A stretch of DNA of 63,222 nucleotides, the filler included, from Octopus bimaculoides (taxonomy: Eukaryota): the NCBI RefSeq assembly GCF_001194135.2. It is 7 parts of 5 records of this genome, joined end to end, with 100 filler letters (N's around TTAATTAATTAA, not from the genome) between each part and the next. Parts side by side here need not be neighbours in the genome. Positions count along the whole stretch, not along the records: positions 1 to 15,919 come from NC_068985.1; 6 more parts are not named here. One strand, written 5' to 3'. The notes beneath the pieces were generated by a model. The model saw nothing but the letters and a program-made list of their open reading frames with translations. It searched no databases and had not been told where the DNA came from. Made by a program: the position numbers and the translations under genes. Below, piece by piece: positions 1-12,583 of the stretch. How positions within the stretch are numbered: the stretch's first letter is position 1; each line of letters begins with the position of its first letter.

Positions 1-1109
1 CCTACAGTAGAAAGTATTACTATTATTATTATTATTATTATTGTTGTTATTGGAAGCTTATTGAATTTTATGAGAGATGACTGTGAGTTGACAGACAACC
101 AGTACTTCACAATATATATTTTTTTAAAATTGGAAGCTACTGTTCAAATCAGCGTTGATGGAAATGTTACGAACAGCAAGATAATGCTTGTTGTATTTAA
201 TATTTTATTTTTATTTTTATTCACCATTAAATTTAGTTTTGAGTTTCAAAGTAAATAAAGATTTTTAGCAAAACATGAGAGGTTCATCTGTAATCTGTTT
301 TGAAAAATTCCGTGTCTTCACGAATAAAAAAAATCTTGCGCTTTTAAATGCACTAAGTTTAGCCAAAGAAGACAAACAAACGGTTTTTTAAAATTTTGTT
401 TATTCAATTAAGATAAGTGATTTTGACATTCTGTTCAACTCGAACAATTTTGCGTCAATGATTTTTTTAAAAAATACGGTGCCAGTACTTCTGTTATTTG
501 GGACTTCTTACAGAATATCAATCAGTGTTGAATCCGATTTATTTGAAACCATATTGGAGGATTATATATTAAAATAAAAAGAAAAATTAGAAAATAGAAG
601 TAGAAAAGTTTCAATAACATAAAGCATAATCATAATGATAGAAAATTAGTTGTCCACCTTTAATTATTATCTTTATGAGAATCTTTATGTGCACTTCGTC
701 AACTTAATTAGCATTCCAGCAAATGAAACAATCAAATATTATATCTATAGCGCTTCCTGACTTTACGATAATCTAATATACCATTATGTGGTTGCTGTAA
801 GGAAAAAAGGGGAGCCTCAGTATTAATAAGTGAAATCTCCTTCAAGTCAGCTTGACGTCTTTATGCTGAAATGAGTCATCTGGGTGTGTTTTCTTTAGTT
901 AAGATTGGATTATCACATCTGGAACGTCTGCTTTTATGGTATTCAAATTTTTCAAATTGACCTGGACATAAATTACAATTTAAATGCATTGAGATGGTCT
1001 GAGTGGTTATGAACAATGCATTTTGTTAAATGAGGTATTCAAACGCGAATGAAAGCACTACAATTGCCAGCTTTGAGCTGTTTCTCTGTTGTAATACATC
1101 AGCAGACAG

Positions 1110-1187
1110 GAGGCATTTAGCTCAATGGTACAGATCGTCCAGCCGAAATTTGAGAGGTACAGAGGTTCGATTCTCCGTAGCAGTTGC
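1110..1187 (+). pseudogene. tRNA-like relic (tRNA pseudogene or SINE head)
   Basis: A-box TTAGCTCAATGGTA and B-box GGTTCGATTCTCC are at tRNA-like spacing, but the T- and anticodon stems pair poorly. Confidence 0.45.
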
Positions 1188-1282
1188 TAACAAATTTTCT
1201 CCGTCTGCAGATGTATTTTATCCGATTTTCTAATACTGATTTCACAGCTGTACACTTGCGTTCAAGATCGCCTTTATCCTTA

Positions 1283-1463
1283 AAGGCAGCAAGCTGGCGG
1301 AAACGTTAGCACGCCGTTCTGAGTTCAAATTCCGCCGAGGTCGACATCGCCTTTCATCCTTTCGGGGTCAATAAATTAAGTACCAGTTGCGTACTGGGAT
1401 CGATCTAATCGACTGGCCGTCTCCCCCCAAATTTCGGGTCTTGTGCCTAGAGTAGAAAAGAAT
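1283..1463 (+). mobile_element. SINE family B (tRNA head plus gcctttcatcctttcggggtcgataa body), with internal deletion
   Basis: ggcagcaagctggcggaaacgttagcac..gagttcaaattccgccgaggtcgac...cctagagtagaaaagaat. Confidence 0.85.
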
Positions 1464-2299
1464 GTCACACATTTTTATATCTCTAAAATATTAAACAAAT
1501 ACAATTAAACCTTGGGAGAGGCATTATGCCGGTAATAAACACACGCACTGGTTCAGTCCTTTATTAATTTATATAGTTTTTTGTTAAATTTCTTTCAACA
1601 CACGGATCCACATCAAGAATCTTGCACACGGAATACACATACGAAATTAAACAAATATTAGGTAAAAATAATTTTATTTCGTCCATTTTTATAATTTTGT
1701 TCAATAAACAGTTTATAACACACTCATAACATAATTATTGTATTATAAAGAGAGATGACTACGCAATGATCTTTTAAAAAAGCTACTAGTTTTAAGAAAT
1801 AACATTCGGCACGATGACGCAATAGTATATTAGTATACGATGTCATTTGAACGTAAATCCTGCCTTTTCAACATAGACAAACACACACGTATACACACGC
1901 TCTCATACACACACTCACTCACAGTTACAATTATACACACACACACACCGAATAAAAATTCATGTGCCATTTGGTAACCTCGGATTAACTTGCGTAGTGA
2001 AATTAGTTGTAATTGCAACAGTGTTTACTATCTTCCTAACAGAAAAATACATTCAATAATATCACGATTTTACAAGAGAGTCTCTATTTGGCCACCCAAA
2101 GGGTTAGAAAGAGCAGTCAAATTCTCATCCATGGATAACATAGTCCATAATGAATCATTTGGGAGAAGAGAAGATGGTCACATGTCATTGAAATTCATGT
2201 CTGATATATCGGAAATGATTAGGCGTCTACAAGCAATAATCGGATCTGTTCAATTTGGCTCAAAGATTAATTTTTTTTAATTGAACAGTTTGAAACTTC

Positions 2300-2580
2300 A
2301 TACAAAGTTCCACCAGGCTCCAGCAAGGGGTGCTGGCGATCGCTGCTGTACTCTTTCACCACAACTTTCTCTCACTCTTACTTCCAGTTTCTGTTGTACC
2401 TGTATTTCAAAGAGCCCGCCTTGTCACACTCTGTGTCACGCTGTATCTCCCCGAGAACTACGTTAAGGGTACACATGTCTCTGGAGTGCTCAGCCACTTG
2501 CACGTTAATTTTATCAGCAGGCTGTTCCGTTGATCGGATCAACTGGAACCCTCGTCGTCGTAACCGACGGAGTGCCAACC
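2300..2580 (+). mobile_element. SINE fragment with body 'C' joined to tail 'N'
   Basis: actctttcaccacaactttctctcactc is followed by ttgtacctgtatttcaaag..gccttgtcacac..ccgttgatcggatcaactggaaccctcg. Confidence 0.8.
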
Positions 2581-4044
2581 ATCTAAATATATCCCTGCCA
2601 TTTTCAACTATTTTTTTCTGGTGTATATAAAGTAGAATTATTTGAAGAACATTTTCTATAGTTTCACATAATACGAAATTTGCTAAGAGAAGTAGAATGT
2701 GTTTGATTTGAATTTCTGCTCAATTATATATTATGGAAAATTTCCAAAGCAACACTTGCATTATCCAATACGTAGGTAGCTTAGCTTTTGTCGTTTAGAA
2801 GTAGTTTTATGATTGTTTATTCACACAATAAAAGCACTTCTGTCTCATTGCTTATGGCTACCCACAAGTGGTGAGCTGTTCGTGCAAACTTTAGCAATGT
2901 ATTACAATCCAGGAAATATTAATTTCGAAACAAACTTATGATAGATAACTCGGAAAATAAATAATGAAAACCAAGGATATATTACAACGTATCCGTATTT
3001 GGAAGAAGAATGTACCGGAGAAAGTTAACATGAAATATAAGCATAATAAAAATGAAAACTTCAAAATCTTTTAAAGTAAACTTCGGTTTAGCTGAGTGGG
3101 TTGTTGAAAGTTTGCCAATAACTGATAATACGCCATCGGAATGAATCAAAGACATTTAGAAAAGTGGAGAGATTATACTGTTCTTCATACAAAACATTAT
3201 ACTACTAACATAAATATATAAGGTTTTACTTAAAATGAACTTAATATAGAGGTTAAAAAAGGAACGGACTAACATTTTTATCCGTTTTCTTTTTCAAAGA
3301 GTACATGGGATATATGTCTGTAGACTTGATGTTTCAAATTGAAACTGAAATGCTGATCTGGAATTTGTATCTATATAATTGTCGAGTAAATTATTTCTAG
3401 ATTTTCTGATATTTGTAAATCAAATGATAAAGATTAACATTAGTGCAGAAAAGGAACCTTCAATCAACAAAAACTATATATCTTTTATATTATTGTACGA
3501 GCCGTTGTTAATATAATAATATAATAGTTACAACAACCGAAGATACTTGTACATTCACACATCTAAACGCAGAAACACTTTTCACATACTACTTAATAAT
3601 ACAACACATGCAGAACACTTTCTTACATATTTCTTTGATACCTTAGTTTGGTTAGACAACACAGACAAGTCCATCACGTAGAACCAGTGGTAAAATTCAT
3701 TATTCTGTGTAGCAATTATCCCCTCTCTGCCTCAGAGTTTATATGTAGAAAGTAAAATCTTGGTTGGATTACTCACTTTGTTCGATCAGTGCCATCTTAA
3801 ATCATGGGCACACTGAAGAGTGTTTCGGAAACACTATCACGCTACTGGTCGACTGCTAATCTGTGTACGTCGTGGATGGCTCCATATGTAAATACGATAG
3901 CAGTAGGTCCTATAATGATGATAAAACGACACTATGCACCGTATCTCTTGGTGTGGGTAAAAACAAATGTGGGTGGTATTTCTTCTCAGTCGTAAACGTT
4001 TGCTAATGTATGATCTTGTAGGTTAGATATAAATGCATTATTTT

Positions 4045-4250
4045 TATTCTTTTACTTGTTTCAGTCATTTGAGTGCGGCCATACTGGAGCACAGCCTTGG
4101 AGGGGTTCTAGTAAAACAAAGCGACACTAGGACTTATTTTCTTACGCCTAAAACTTATCCTATCGGTCCTTTTTGCCGAACCGTTAAGTTACGTGAACGT
4201 AAACATACCACTATCGGTTGTCATCGATGGTGGGGACACAAATACAGACA
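4045..4250 (-). mobile_element. SINE family A, 3' half
   Basis: cttttacttgtttcagtcatttgagtgcggccatactggagcac...gccgaaccgttaagttacg. Further minus-strand fragments lie at 15270-15442, 24610-24731 and 26210-26350. Confidence 0.8.
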
Positions 4251-4879
4251 CGAATACATACACGCATAAATATGCATATATATATATATATATATANNNN
4301 NNNNNNNNNNNNNNNNNNNNNNNNNNNNNNNNNNNNNNNNNNNNNNNNNNNNNNNNNNNNNNNNNNNNNNNNNNNNNNNNNNNNNNNNNNNNNNNNNNNN
4401 NNNNNNNNNNNNNNNNNNNNNNNNNNNNNNNNNNNNNNNNNNNNNNNNNNNNNNNNNNNNNNNNNNNNNNNNNNNNNNNNNNNNNNNNNNNNNNNNNNNN
4501 NNNNNNNNNNNNNNNNNNNNNNNNNNNNNNNNNNNNNNNNNNNNNNNNNNNNNNNNNNNNNNNNNNNNNNNNNNNNNNNNNNNNNNNNNNNNNNNNNNNN
4601 NNNNNNNNNNNNNNNNNNNNNNNNNNNNNNNNNNNNNNNNNNNNNNNNNNNNNNNNNNNNNNNNNNNNNNNNNNAATTTAAACCTCAATGACGATACATC
4701 AGATGGAGAATTGCTTATGCTGCCCCTTATATACCACTTCCTTGGTATTATGAATATTCAATATTACGAAACCGTATACATTCGTCCCATGGGTATCATA
4801 CATAAACTATATGAATTAAATTTCACTTCTGCTGGGATGTGTAGTAATTACTGCTATTAAGGAAAAAGTGTACTAGAAT

Positions 4880-5240
4880 TCAGGAGGAATTTCAACCATG
4901 TTTCGTGGTCTGCTACCACAACAGCTCCTTTATAGGATCCAGTTAGCTGAAGACATCATCAGGAGGAACCACGTCCGGTTTCGGCCCCTAATCCTCTACC
5001 GTTTTGACGTGGCGGGGCCACCCCCTTTCAGAGGTGTTTTCAGCTCTGGTGTTGGGTGCATATCTTCTTTCACTGTTTGTGACTGTTCTAATTCAACTGT
5101 GGAATGTCCCTCGCTATGGTCATTTTCCAGGAGGTTCTGGCCACACGTCTTACGGTTCATCAACCCGCGTTGTTGAATTACTTTCTTCCGACATACCTTC
5201 CCTTGGTGGATTCGGATCCAGTTAGCTGAAGACATCATCT
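4880..5240 (-). mobile_element. Penelope/retrozyme-like segment with a 26-bp direct repeat and a hammerhead-like core
   Basis: ggatccagttagctgaagacatcatc occurs at 4935-4960 and 5214-5239 (279-bp period). Minus strand has CTGATGA (4956-62) ... CGAAACATG (4897-4905). GC content is higher than the flanks. Confidence 0.4.
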
Positions 5241-7342
5241 TCTAAATCGGAGACACAAATCGAAACAATATTATATGTTCATAATTTAAAGTTCAGAAAG
5301 ATAACTTTGATTTGCCGTTGTCATTCTCCTATATATATATTTTTCTTATACATACGACGTTATTTATTGCAGAATCAAAACTTTGGAAAAATACGCTAGT
5401 GTATTATTTTCGAAGTAATCGTACTCGTGTAAAATATATATTCAGATAATACTCGTATTTTTAATCTATGCTAATCTCAGAGATACTGAGGTATGCTTTT
5501 GGAGTCTTAATCTTCTTGGATATATTTCGTAATCTTCTGTGTGTTACTCAACGTGTTGATATTTTAAACCAAGTGAAATGAAAATGTGTGATGTGTAAAA
5601 ATTGAAAAAAATCACTCAATTTGTACTGCATTTCCTTTTTAATTATTTACTGTAAAATATTTCAAATCTTCATACGTTTTTTTCCATCGCTACTTGTAAC
5701 TGAATATTAATGACATAACATGCTGCCGAACTTATAAAAATGCAAGCAATGGTTTGTTTATATATTCGGGAACATTCAAGTATGAAAACAGAAAATTACA
5801 TATGTAATACATTTTCTTACTTAACATGTTTCATCGTTCATTTCTCTGTTACTTCTTGAGCTCCAGCCATTGAATCATAGGCACACCCCCACCTGTCCTC
5901 ACACGCATTCTACTAACAGATATACGAAAAGAGAAGACCACTTGGGATGCAGCAAACCTTTCTTTAGAAGTTTACTTTAATTCACATAATTCATAGACAA
6001 TAAGCTGACATATGTTTCTGATTGCTGTAATTGGACTACGAAAAATATTAGACCACATTAAGCCTCATTTTCATTGTTTCTTGATGTTCTATGCTTCGTT
6101 TTGTTTTATATTTATTTTGTGTGTATGCCTTAGCTCTGAACTTAGCTCTTAAATCACATGTAGTAATTAAAGNNNNNNNNNNNNNNNNNNNNNNNNNNNN
6201 NNNNNNNNNNNNNNNNNNNNNNNNNNNNNNNNNNNNNNNNNNNNNNNNNNNNNNNNNNNNNNNNNNNNNNNNNNNNNNNNNNNNNNNNNNNNNNNNNNNN
6301 NNNNNNNNNNNNNNNNNNNNNNNNNNNNNNNNNNNNNNNNNNNNNNNNNNNNNNNNNNNNNNNNNNNNNNNNNNNNNNNNNNNNNNNNNNNNNNNNNNNN
6401 NNNNNNNNNNNNNNNNNNNNNNNNNNNNNNNNNNNNNNNNNNNNNNNNNNNNNNNNNNNNNNNNNNNNNNNNNNNNNNNNNNNNNNNNNNNNNNNNNNNN
6501 NNNNNNNNNNNNNNNNNNNNNNNNNNNNNNNNNNNNNNNNNNNNNNNNNNNNNNNNNNNNNNNNNNNNNNNNNNNNNNNNNNNNNNNNNNNNNNNNNNNN
6601 NNNNNNNNNNNNNNNNNNNNNNNNNNNNNNNNNNNNNNNNNNNNNNNNNNNNNNNNNNNNNNNNNNNNNNNNNNNNTATATATATATATACCTATATATT
6701 TATTTATTTATTTTAGGACGGCATACAGCACTAAAAAGCCTGGAGCATTACCTAAACGAGTCTTATTTTTAAATTGAGTAAATTATTTTTGCAGCTGTAT
6801 CATATTGTTTAATACTAATAATTTACTAATACTTGAACACATTTAAATGACTACTGATTTAATAATCCAGAAACGTGCATTAATTAAAATTTACATCAGT
6901 AATGTGTAAAAGAAAATTGGCTTAATATTAAATTGCCATCCACAAAAGTGAATATCCAGTACCAGAATTTATGATTTTCAATTAAATGCGGTAGTCTTAA
7001 TTAAAATCATGCACATTGATGCCACAAGGCTTCACTAAGAAAGACATAATGATTTCGAAACATATTTGTAGTTATTATAGTAACCGTCAAAATCAGGTTC
7101 ATTCTAGCACTGATGATAATTTAAGGTTCAGAGTTGTCTCTCTTGACTTTATTTACAGAATTAAATATTAAGCTTATGTTTTCAGTCATTCAATACTAAG
7201 ACCATTTCATTTCAGAATATTTAATGACGAAATGAAATAACGATTAATATTTTGTATTATATCATTCTAACAATTCCTTTAATATATTTTAGAATTCAGT
7301 TTGATACTATAGGCATATGATTCAGACGAACAATTTTACATA

Positions 7343-7659
7343 CTAGCTGACCACGTGCCGTCAATAATGACGGATAATTTTAGTATTTTATATATAAATA
7401 AGGTACAAAATAAGGGACATAATAATCAGGTATACAGACATTGAAACGCTGAGTTGAAACACTGATTTTTTTTCACCCCTTCCTTCCTTCCTTATTCATC
7501 TATCACCCCTTCATATCTCTCATTGCTATTACTTTCTCTCACTCCCTCTCGGTTCTCCTTCACTGAATTACTATTTTCTCTCCTCCTCCGCGTCCGGCGT
7601 GATTCTGGACAAAGGCTTTCCCTTGTATCACCATATTTTTGTCACATACATGTAATAGA
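7343..7659 (-). mobile_element. Short non-autonomous Helitron
   Basis: The minus strand ends with hairpin CCGTCA-ttat-TGACGG (7358-7373) about 11 nt before CTAG|T. A candidate 5' A|TC lies at 7660/7659. Confidence 0.6.
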
Positions 7660-10001
7660 TCGAGCATGTATTCATGTCTGAATTAATATGTATTGGTATA
7701 TCCATGTGAGGAATAATCTGTTGCCGTAGCTCACCCGCTTTTTTTTTGCTGCATACTGCGAAAGGTGATTTTATTACTTTCATTCAATGCTTTGCTTCAA
7801 ATACATATAAAATAGATATGTTATCATGGATATGCTTAATGGGCTTTGTGATAATATTACACTGCGAATGGATTAAGAATGGAAATTGTGACGTGACATA
7901 CGAAGTAGATATGTTCGAATTTCTGGCTACGTTTACATGGATATTTGATTAAGTGTAACTCAAAATACTGATACGATCTGACACTGTTTCGTTGTGAAAA
8001 TATCGATGAATAGGCCATAATCAAGTATGGGATAAATGGAACCTTAGAAATTTAAGGATTTTGGTAAGATATTGGCATACGTGTAAAATACTGATATAAA
8101 GCTTACAGCATGAGTACAAAAGTATATTACACAAAATAAACAGTATTTCACTCAATGCTAACTCAACAAAATAAACAAAATATTTCTGCTTTTTTGTAAA
8201 CACTACATGCAAGGAAACATATTTAGATCACAACAATTTTATCGTTAGCATTTACTTACGTTATAATCTAATATAATGGTGCTTTGGCTGCCCATGCAAG
8301 AATGCTACAAATAGTGTGGTTCTGGATATTCGAAACCATTATCATCAATTTTATAAAAATAGCAGATTCTTTACATCCTTGAACTCAAGGTAAACTGCTT
8401 AGTGGCATTTCTCCGGCTTTCTACGCTTTGAATTGAAATTGAATTCAGGTAGATTTTGCCTTTCATTATTTTGGGCTCGATAAAAATAGGTATCAATTGA
8501 GAACTGGAGTGGTGTAGTCAGCTAACCCCCTTCACCCAAATTTCAGGCCTTGCGCCTATTGAGGAATGTATTACTTCGAAGTCGAAAATATAAGTACCGA
8601 TCATGAAAATAAAAATTGGAATCATGTTGGTGTAATATCGAAATGGACATTTTGTTTTGCACACGTACTATATATTCCCACTTCACTTGTTTATTACTGT
8701 TCTTACTCAAAGTCATGTCCATTGTTCGGAAATCATTCGTCACACATCTATGACCTCTTCAGCGACGCTTTCCGTCCTCGTGTATGCTCCCGCTCCGCTT
8801 AGTGGGGACAGTAATAAGCAAATGAAAAACGAATATATAATGCGTGTGTTTATTTTGCAACAAAAAAAGAATGATCATCCCGAAATACAACAATGTATGT
8901 TTCAGCACACCATTTTACATGAGGAATTTTGCAACAGAAATTCATAAGCGTAATAATTTGGAATCACTTCAGATGACTCCCAGCACAGAACTAGATATGA
9001 ATTTGTAAGTTGATAGAATGGTTGTCGGTGCAATGATAGTCGATCCCTGAAAGATTTTAGGAAATTAGAATCCTGTATAACAACACAGAAACCGATATTT
9101 TAAGGGAAGGAGTAAAATGAAGCGCGAGGAATCTATCATTCTATAATTATAATTATAATTATATTTTCTGGAGTAAAAAGGCTGAATAATCGAGATTAGA
9201 ACGCATTCGGTTATATAGACCTAAGCAATCAGTTGACCATGGAAAAACCCAGAAAAATTTCCTGTTAAACCTGTAGTTTCTACATTTTGTCAAAGTGAGG
9301 AGATATTAGACATACTAGGATTCTGTACGTGGTTCTATACTACGGGAGAAAGAAACATCAGGTGAACGTTTTATTACCGTTGGAGACATTGTATGAGCAA
9401 TTCTACTAAATCTTATTACTCCATAAATATTTTCTCCGCAATCATTTCTCTAAGGAGAATGTGAAAGTGCTGATTGGTCAGGATATTGAGAGCTCGCTAT
9501 TTTATGTTCAGAAAATAACATAAGTCAATAGCGAAAAGGAAATTTTAGGACAATAAATTAATGTATTCTTTTGAAATATCAATAAACTTCGAATAGGCAT
9601 GAAGTTTATTATCGAATTTTCTATAACAACCGGAAATATTTATATAATTATTTTTAAGAGAATGTAATGGAATCCAATGATTTGAAGGACTTGAATGAGA
9701 GGTAATTAGAAAGAAATAATAAAGCATTCAGAATGGCGTTTACATTTATGATTGAATAAGAACAACCATGATGAAAATGATATTAGCTCTTTCTAATTTT
9801 AGCGCAATGTCAGCAATTTTGAGGTGAGGGGAAAGGTTGATTACATTAACCCCGTTATTCAAATGGTACTTGCTTTGTCGACCCTTAAAAAATTTGAGGC
9901 TAAGTGGACCTCGGCAGAATTAGGATTCAGAACGTACATAACTACATGTAATATGCAAACCACTTTGTCCAACACATTACCAATTGTGCCAGCTTGCATT
10001 T

Positions 10002-10058
<57 letters not shown>

Positions 10059-10059
10059 G

Positions 10060-11100
10060 TATAAGATAGCCAAGTGGTGAAATTATGAAGGCAATTCAAA
10101 CTGAATCCAGCTATAAATATCTGGGAATACTTGAGGCAGATGGAATTAAACACAGTGACGGAAAAAAGAGAGAGTAGCTGCGGTGAGTGAGAAAAATATT
10201 GGCTTCAAAGCTGATTGCCAGAAACATAATTTCGGCAATAAACTCATGCGCAGTCGCAGTTGTTCAGTATGGCGCTGGAGGAGGAGTTAAAGTAGATGGA
10301 GAAAAGGTCAAGAAAGCTCCTACTGTATGGAGCCCATCATCAACGTTCAGAACTGATTGCCTATACATGAAGAGAGCAAATGGAGGAAGAGAACTGATAA
10401 GTGTGGAAGACCGCGTACGTATCGAACAAAGTAAGGAAACGTTGCTAGTGGCAGTTTGGAGCGAGAGCGAGAAAAAAGGAGAAAAACCGAACGAAGAGGT
10501 ACAAAAAGGACACGAAGAAGAATTGAGAAACAATGGACTACACAATCAATTCCATGTATCCACAACAGAAGTTGTTGGAAAAAATAGGTGTCATTGGCTG
10601 AAGAAAGGAACACTAAAACAAGAGACCGAGAGTACTATATTACAGATGAGGTACAGCGGAGACACTTGTTCATTCCTTAGGCTCACCTCTAGTTCGTGAC
10701 CAAATCTTCGCCTTGCGCTGTCAGTATAGTGCTCACGAGCTTTGGTCACGAACTAGAGGTGAGCCTAAGAAATGAACAAGTGTCTCCGCTGTGCCTCATC
10801 TGTAATAGAGTGGATGAAACCATTGGCCATATCACGAGTGAATGCCCTTGACTTGCCCAAAATCACTACAAGTTGTAGCGATATGATCAGGTAGCGAAAG
10901 TGCTACATTGGGAATTATGGGAAAATTACGAATACATTTGAAATTACAAACAAAATAACTCAATTTGTCAGTCTTAAAAGGAAGAGTTATAATAATTCGC
11001 AGGGACATGTATTTATGGGAAGAAACACAAATCGACATCAGGAGTCTATCAGCAAAAATCTGAGAAATATTATATACACAAGGAACTAAGGAACGCATGC
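10060..11100 (+). mobile_element. Decayed R4/Dong-like non-LTR retrotransposon 3' fragment (end of RT, CCHC knuckle, start of REL endonuclease)
   Basis: Broken frames give YKYLGILE, RKILASKLIARNIISAINSCAVAVVQYGAG, LYMKRANGGREL, WLKKGTLKQETESTIL and SPLCLICNRVDETIGHITSECP*LAQNHY...RYDQVAKVLHWEL. Confidence 0.8.
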
Positions 11101-11519
11101 CACACGAAAACTGCAGTAAATTATATATAGTTTTATATGTACAATAAAATCACTGATACAAGGTCTTGCAAAACACGGAGAAAATAAGCAAATCGTATTT
11201 GTTCCGTTCAAGGAAGGCAGCAAATTATTAAACATAAAATAGAGGTGAAATGACAAAGATACGCGAGCTGCGATGACAAACGAAGGAGAATATTGAAAAA
11301 AAAACGTTACTAAAAGGATGCTACAAATCAAGATATTCAAACATGTTTGCGTGAGTAATAACAGAAAAAAAAAAACAGGAATATAATATTAACAAATATA
11401 TTTAAATGAATAAATAGATAAATAAATAAAAAGGCTTAGTTACTTCTTTTTTCAATATTGAAACTAAAAGATTATTAATTGTGTCAGAAACTCATGTCAA
11501 ATAGCAAAATACATTAAAC

Positions 11520-11950
11520 AACTCTAGAATATATGAAGGTTGTGAAGAAACAGTTCCTCAATGATCTTGTAGTGTTAGCATGAGAAGCATATGGATAGAC
11601 ATGAGAGTGTTTGAGATTTTATAGACTGGAAACTATGTCAGCGTTCTGAACTTCCAACTAAAAAGATATAAGACTCAGAATAACAAAAGGATCGTGTCAA
11701 TTCAGAATATATGGGTGATAAAACGGGAAAAATAACGTCCGAATAATGTAAAGGTCATCGAATATTTGAACATTTATATTTTTCTCCAACATTATGCAAC
11801 GATGAAACAATTATGAAATATTAAGTGTTGGATTATAAATGAAACTGTTAAATAACTGATACAAGTGACAGAATTGTCCAAACCAATAATTGACCAGTAA
11901 GAAAGAATTGGTGAAACAATATTTTGTGTAGAAAGGATAATCTCTAGAAA
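11520..11950 (+). mobile_element. Second, more decayed R4/Dong-like fragment (zinc-knuckle region)
   Basis: Frameshifted CEETV...C.VLA..AY..RHE.V..FIDWKLCQRSELP pattern, parallel to the first fragment. Confidence 0.4.
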
Positions 11951-12529
11951 CTGTAGAAGAAGACCATCGTTAAGCTAAGAAGGTTTTAACATCCGATTGC
12001 ATAAATAGTCTGACTTAAAAATTAACATTTACAACTATATCAGCGTTAAACGTAATGCTTAAATAATTACAGGCGCAGTTTGCTGAGATGAGTTTCCAAA
12101 TGATGTACAATGAAGGCGTTGTAATAAATTACATTTGCATAGTTAAGTAAAACACACTAAAATGTATTAATATTTAAATAGGCAAGTGTTTTCCTTGCTT
12201 TTCCATTATCTATGAATAATAACCTATATCAGAGATGCGATTTACTCTGCAATTATGTCATACAATAATTGCTTCTACTTATTTCATCGATTATTTATTT
12301 TCAGTTTTCAACATGTTCATTAATAAATGCGTCATTAATTTAGTTTGGTTTATTGACAGATTTATCATTTTAGCCATATAGTTAGTAATACTGAATTCTA
12401 TTTCTGCAGTAAGAATATAATTTCTCTTAGAATTATAAAGTTTATATTTATAAAAACACCAAACGATAAATGTCCTGCGATATCACGAATCATGTATACA
12501 CAAACAGACTGTAACTGTTACAGTCTGTC

Positions 12530-12583
12530 ATACCGGCCATGATGAAATACTACATGGTATAGAAAATACGTATTCGCCTTTAT
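12530..12583 (+). ncRNA. Second copy of the variant hammerhead-like motif
   Basis: Same flanks (gtctgtcatac..ggc and gcctttatatatt..atcctttatattgaacactcaatatttcat) and core C-A-TGATGA. Stem II ATAC-tacatg-GTAT. GAAA at 12562-65. Palindromic stem III AATACGTATT. Triplet TTC ends at 12575. Confidence 0.6.

Noticed and set aside
1110-1187. Functional tRNA gene
   Set aside because: The Pol III boxes are present, but the cloverleaf stems are broken and no anticodon loop can be defined.
3813-3840. CTGAAGA...GAAAC hammerhead-like spacing
   Set aside because: There is no stem II. GAAAC is tied up in the perfect AGTGTTTC-G-GAAACACT palindrome, and stem I is absent.
8730-8775. Minus-strand CTGAAGA-G-GTCA-loop-TGAC-GAAT
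   Set aside because: A15.1 is replaced by U and no stem III or stem I can be drawn. At most a relic.
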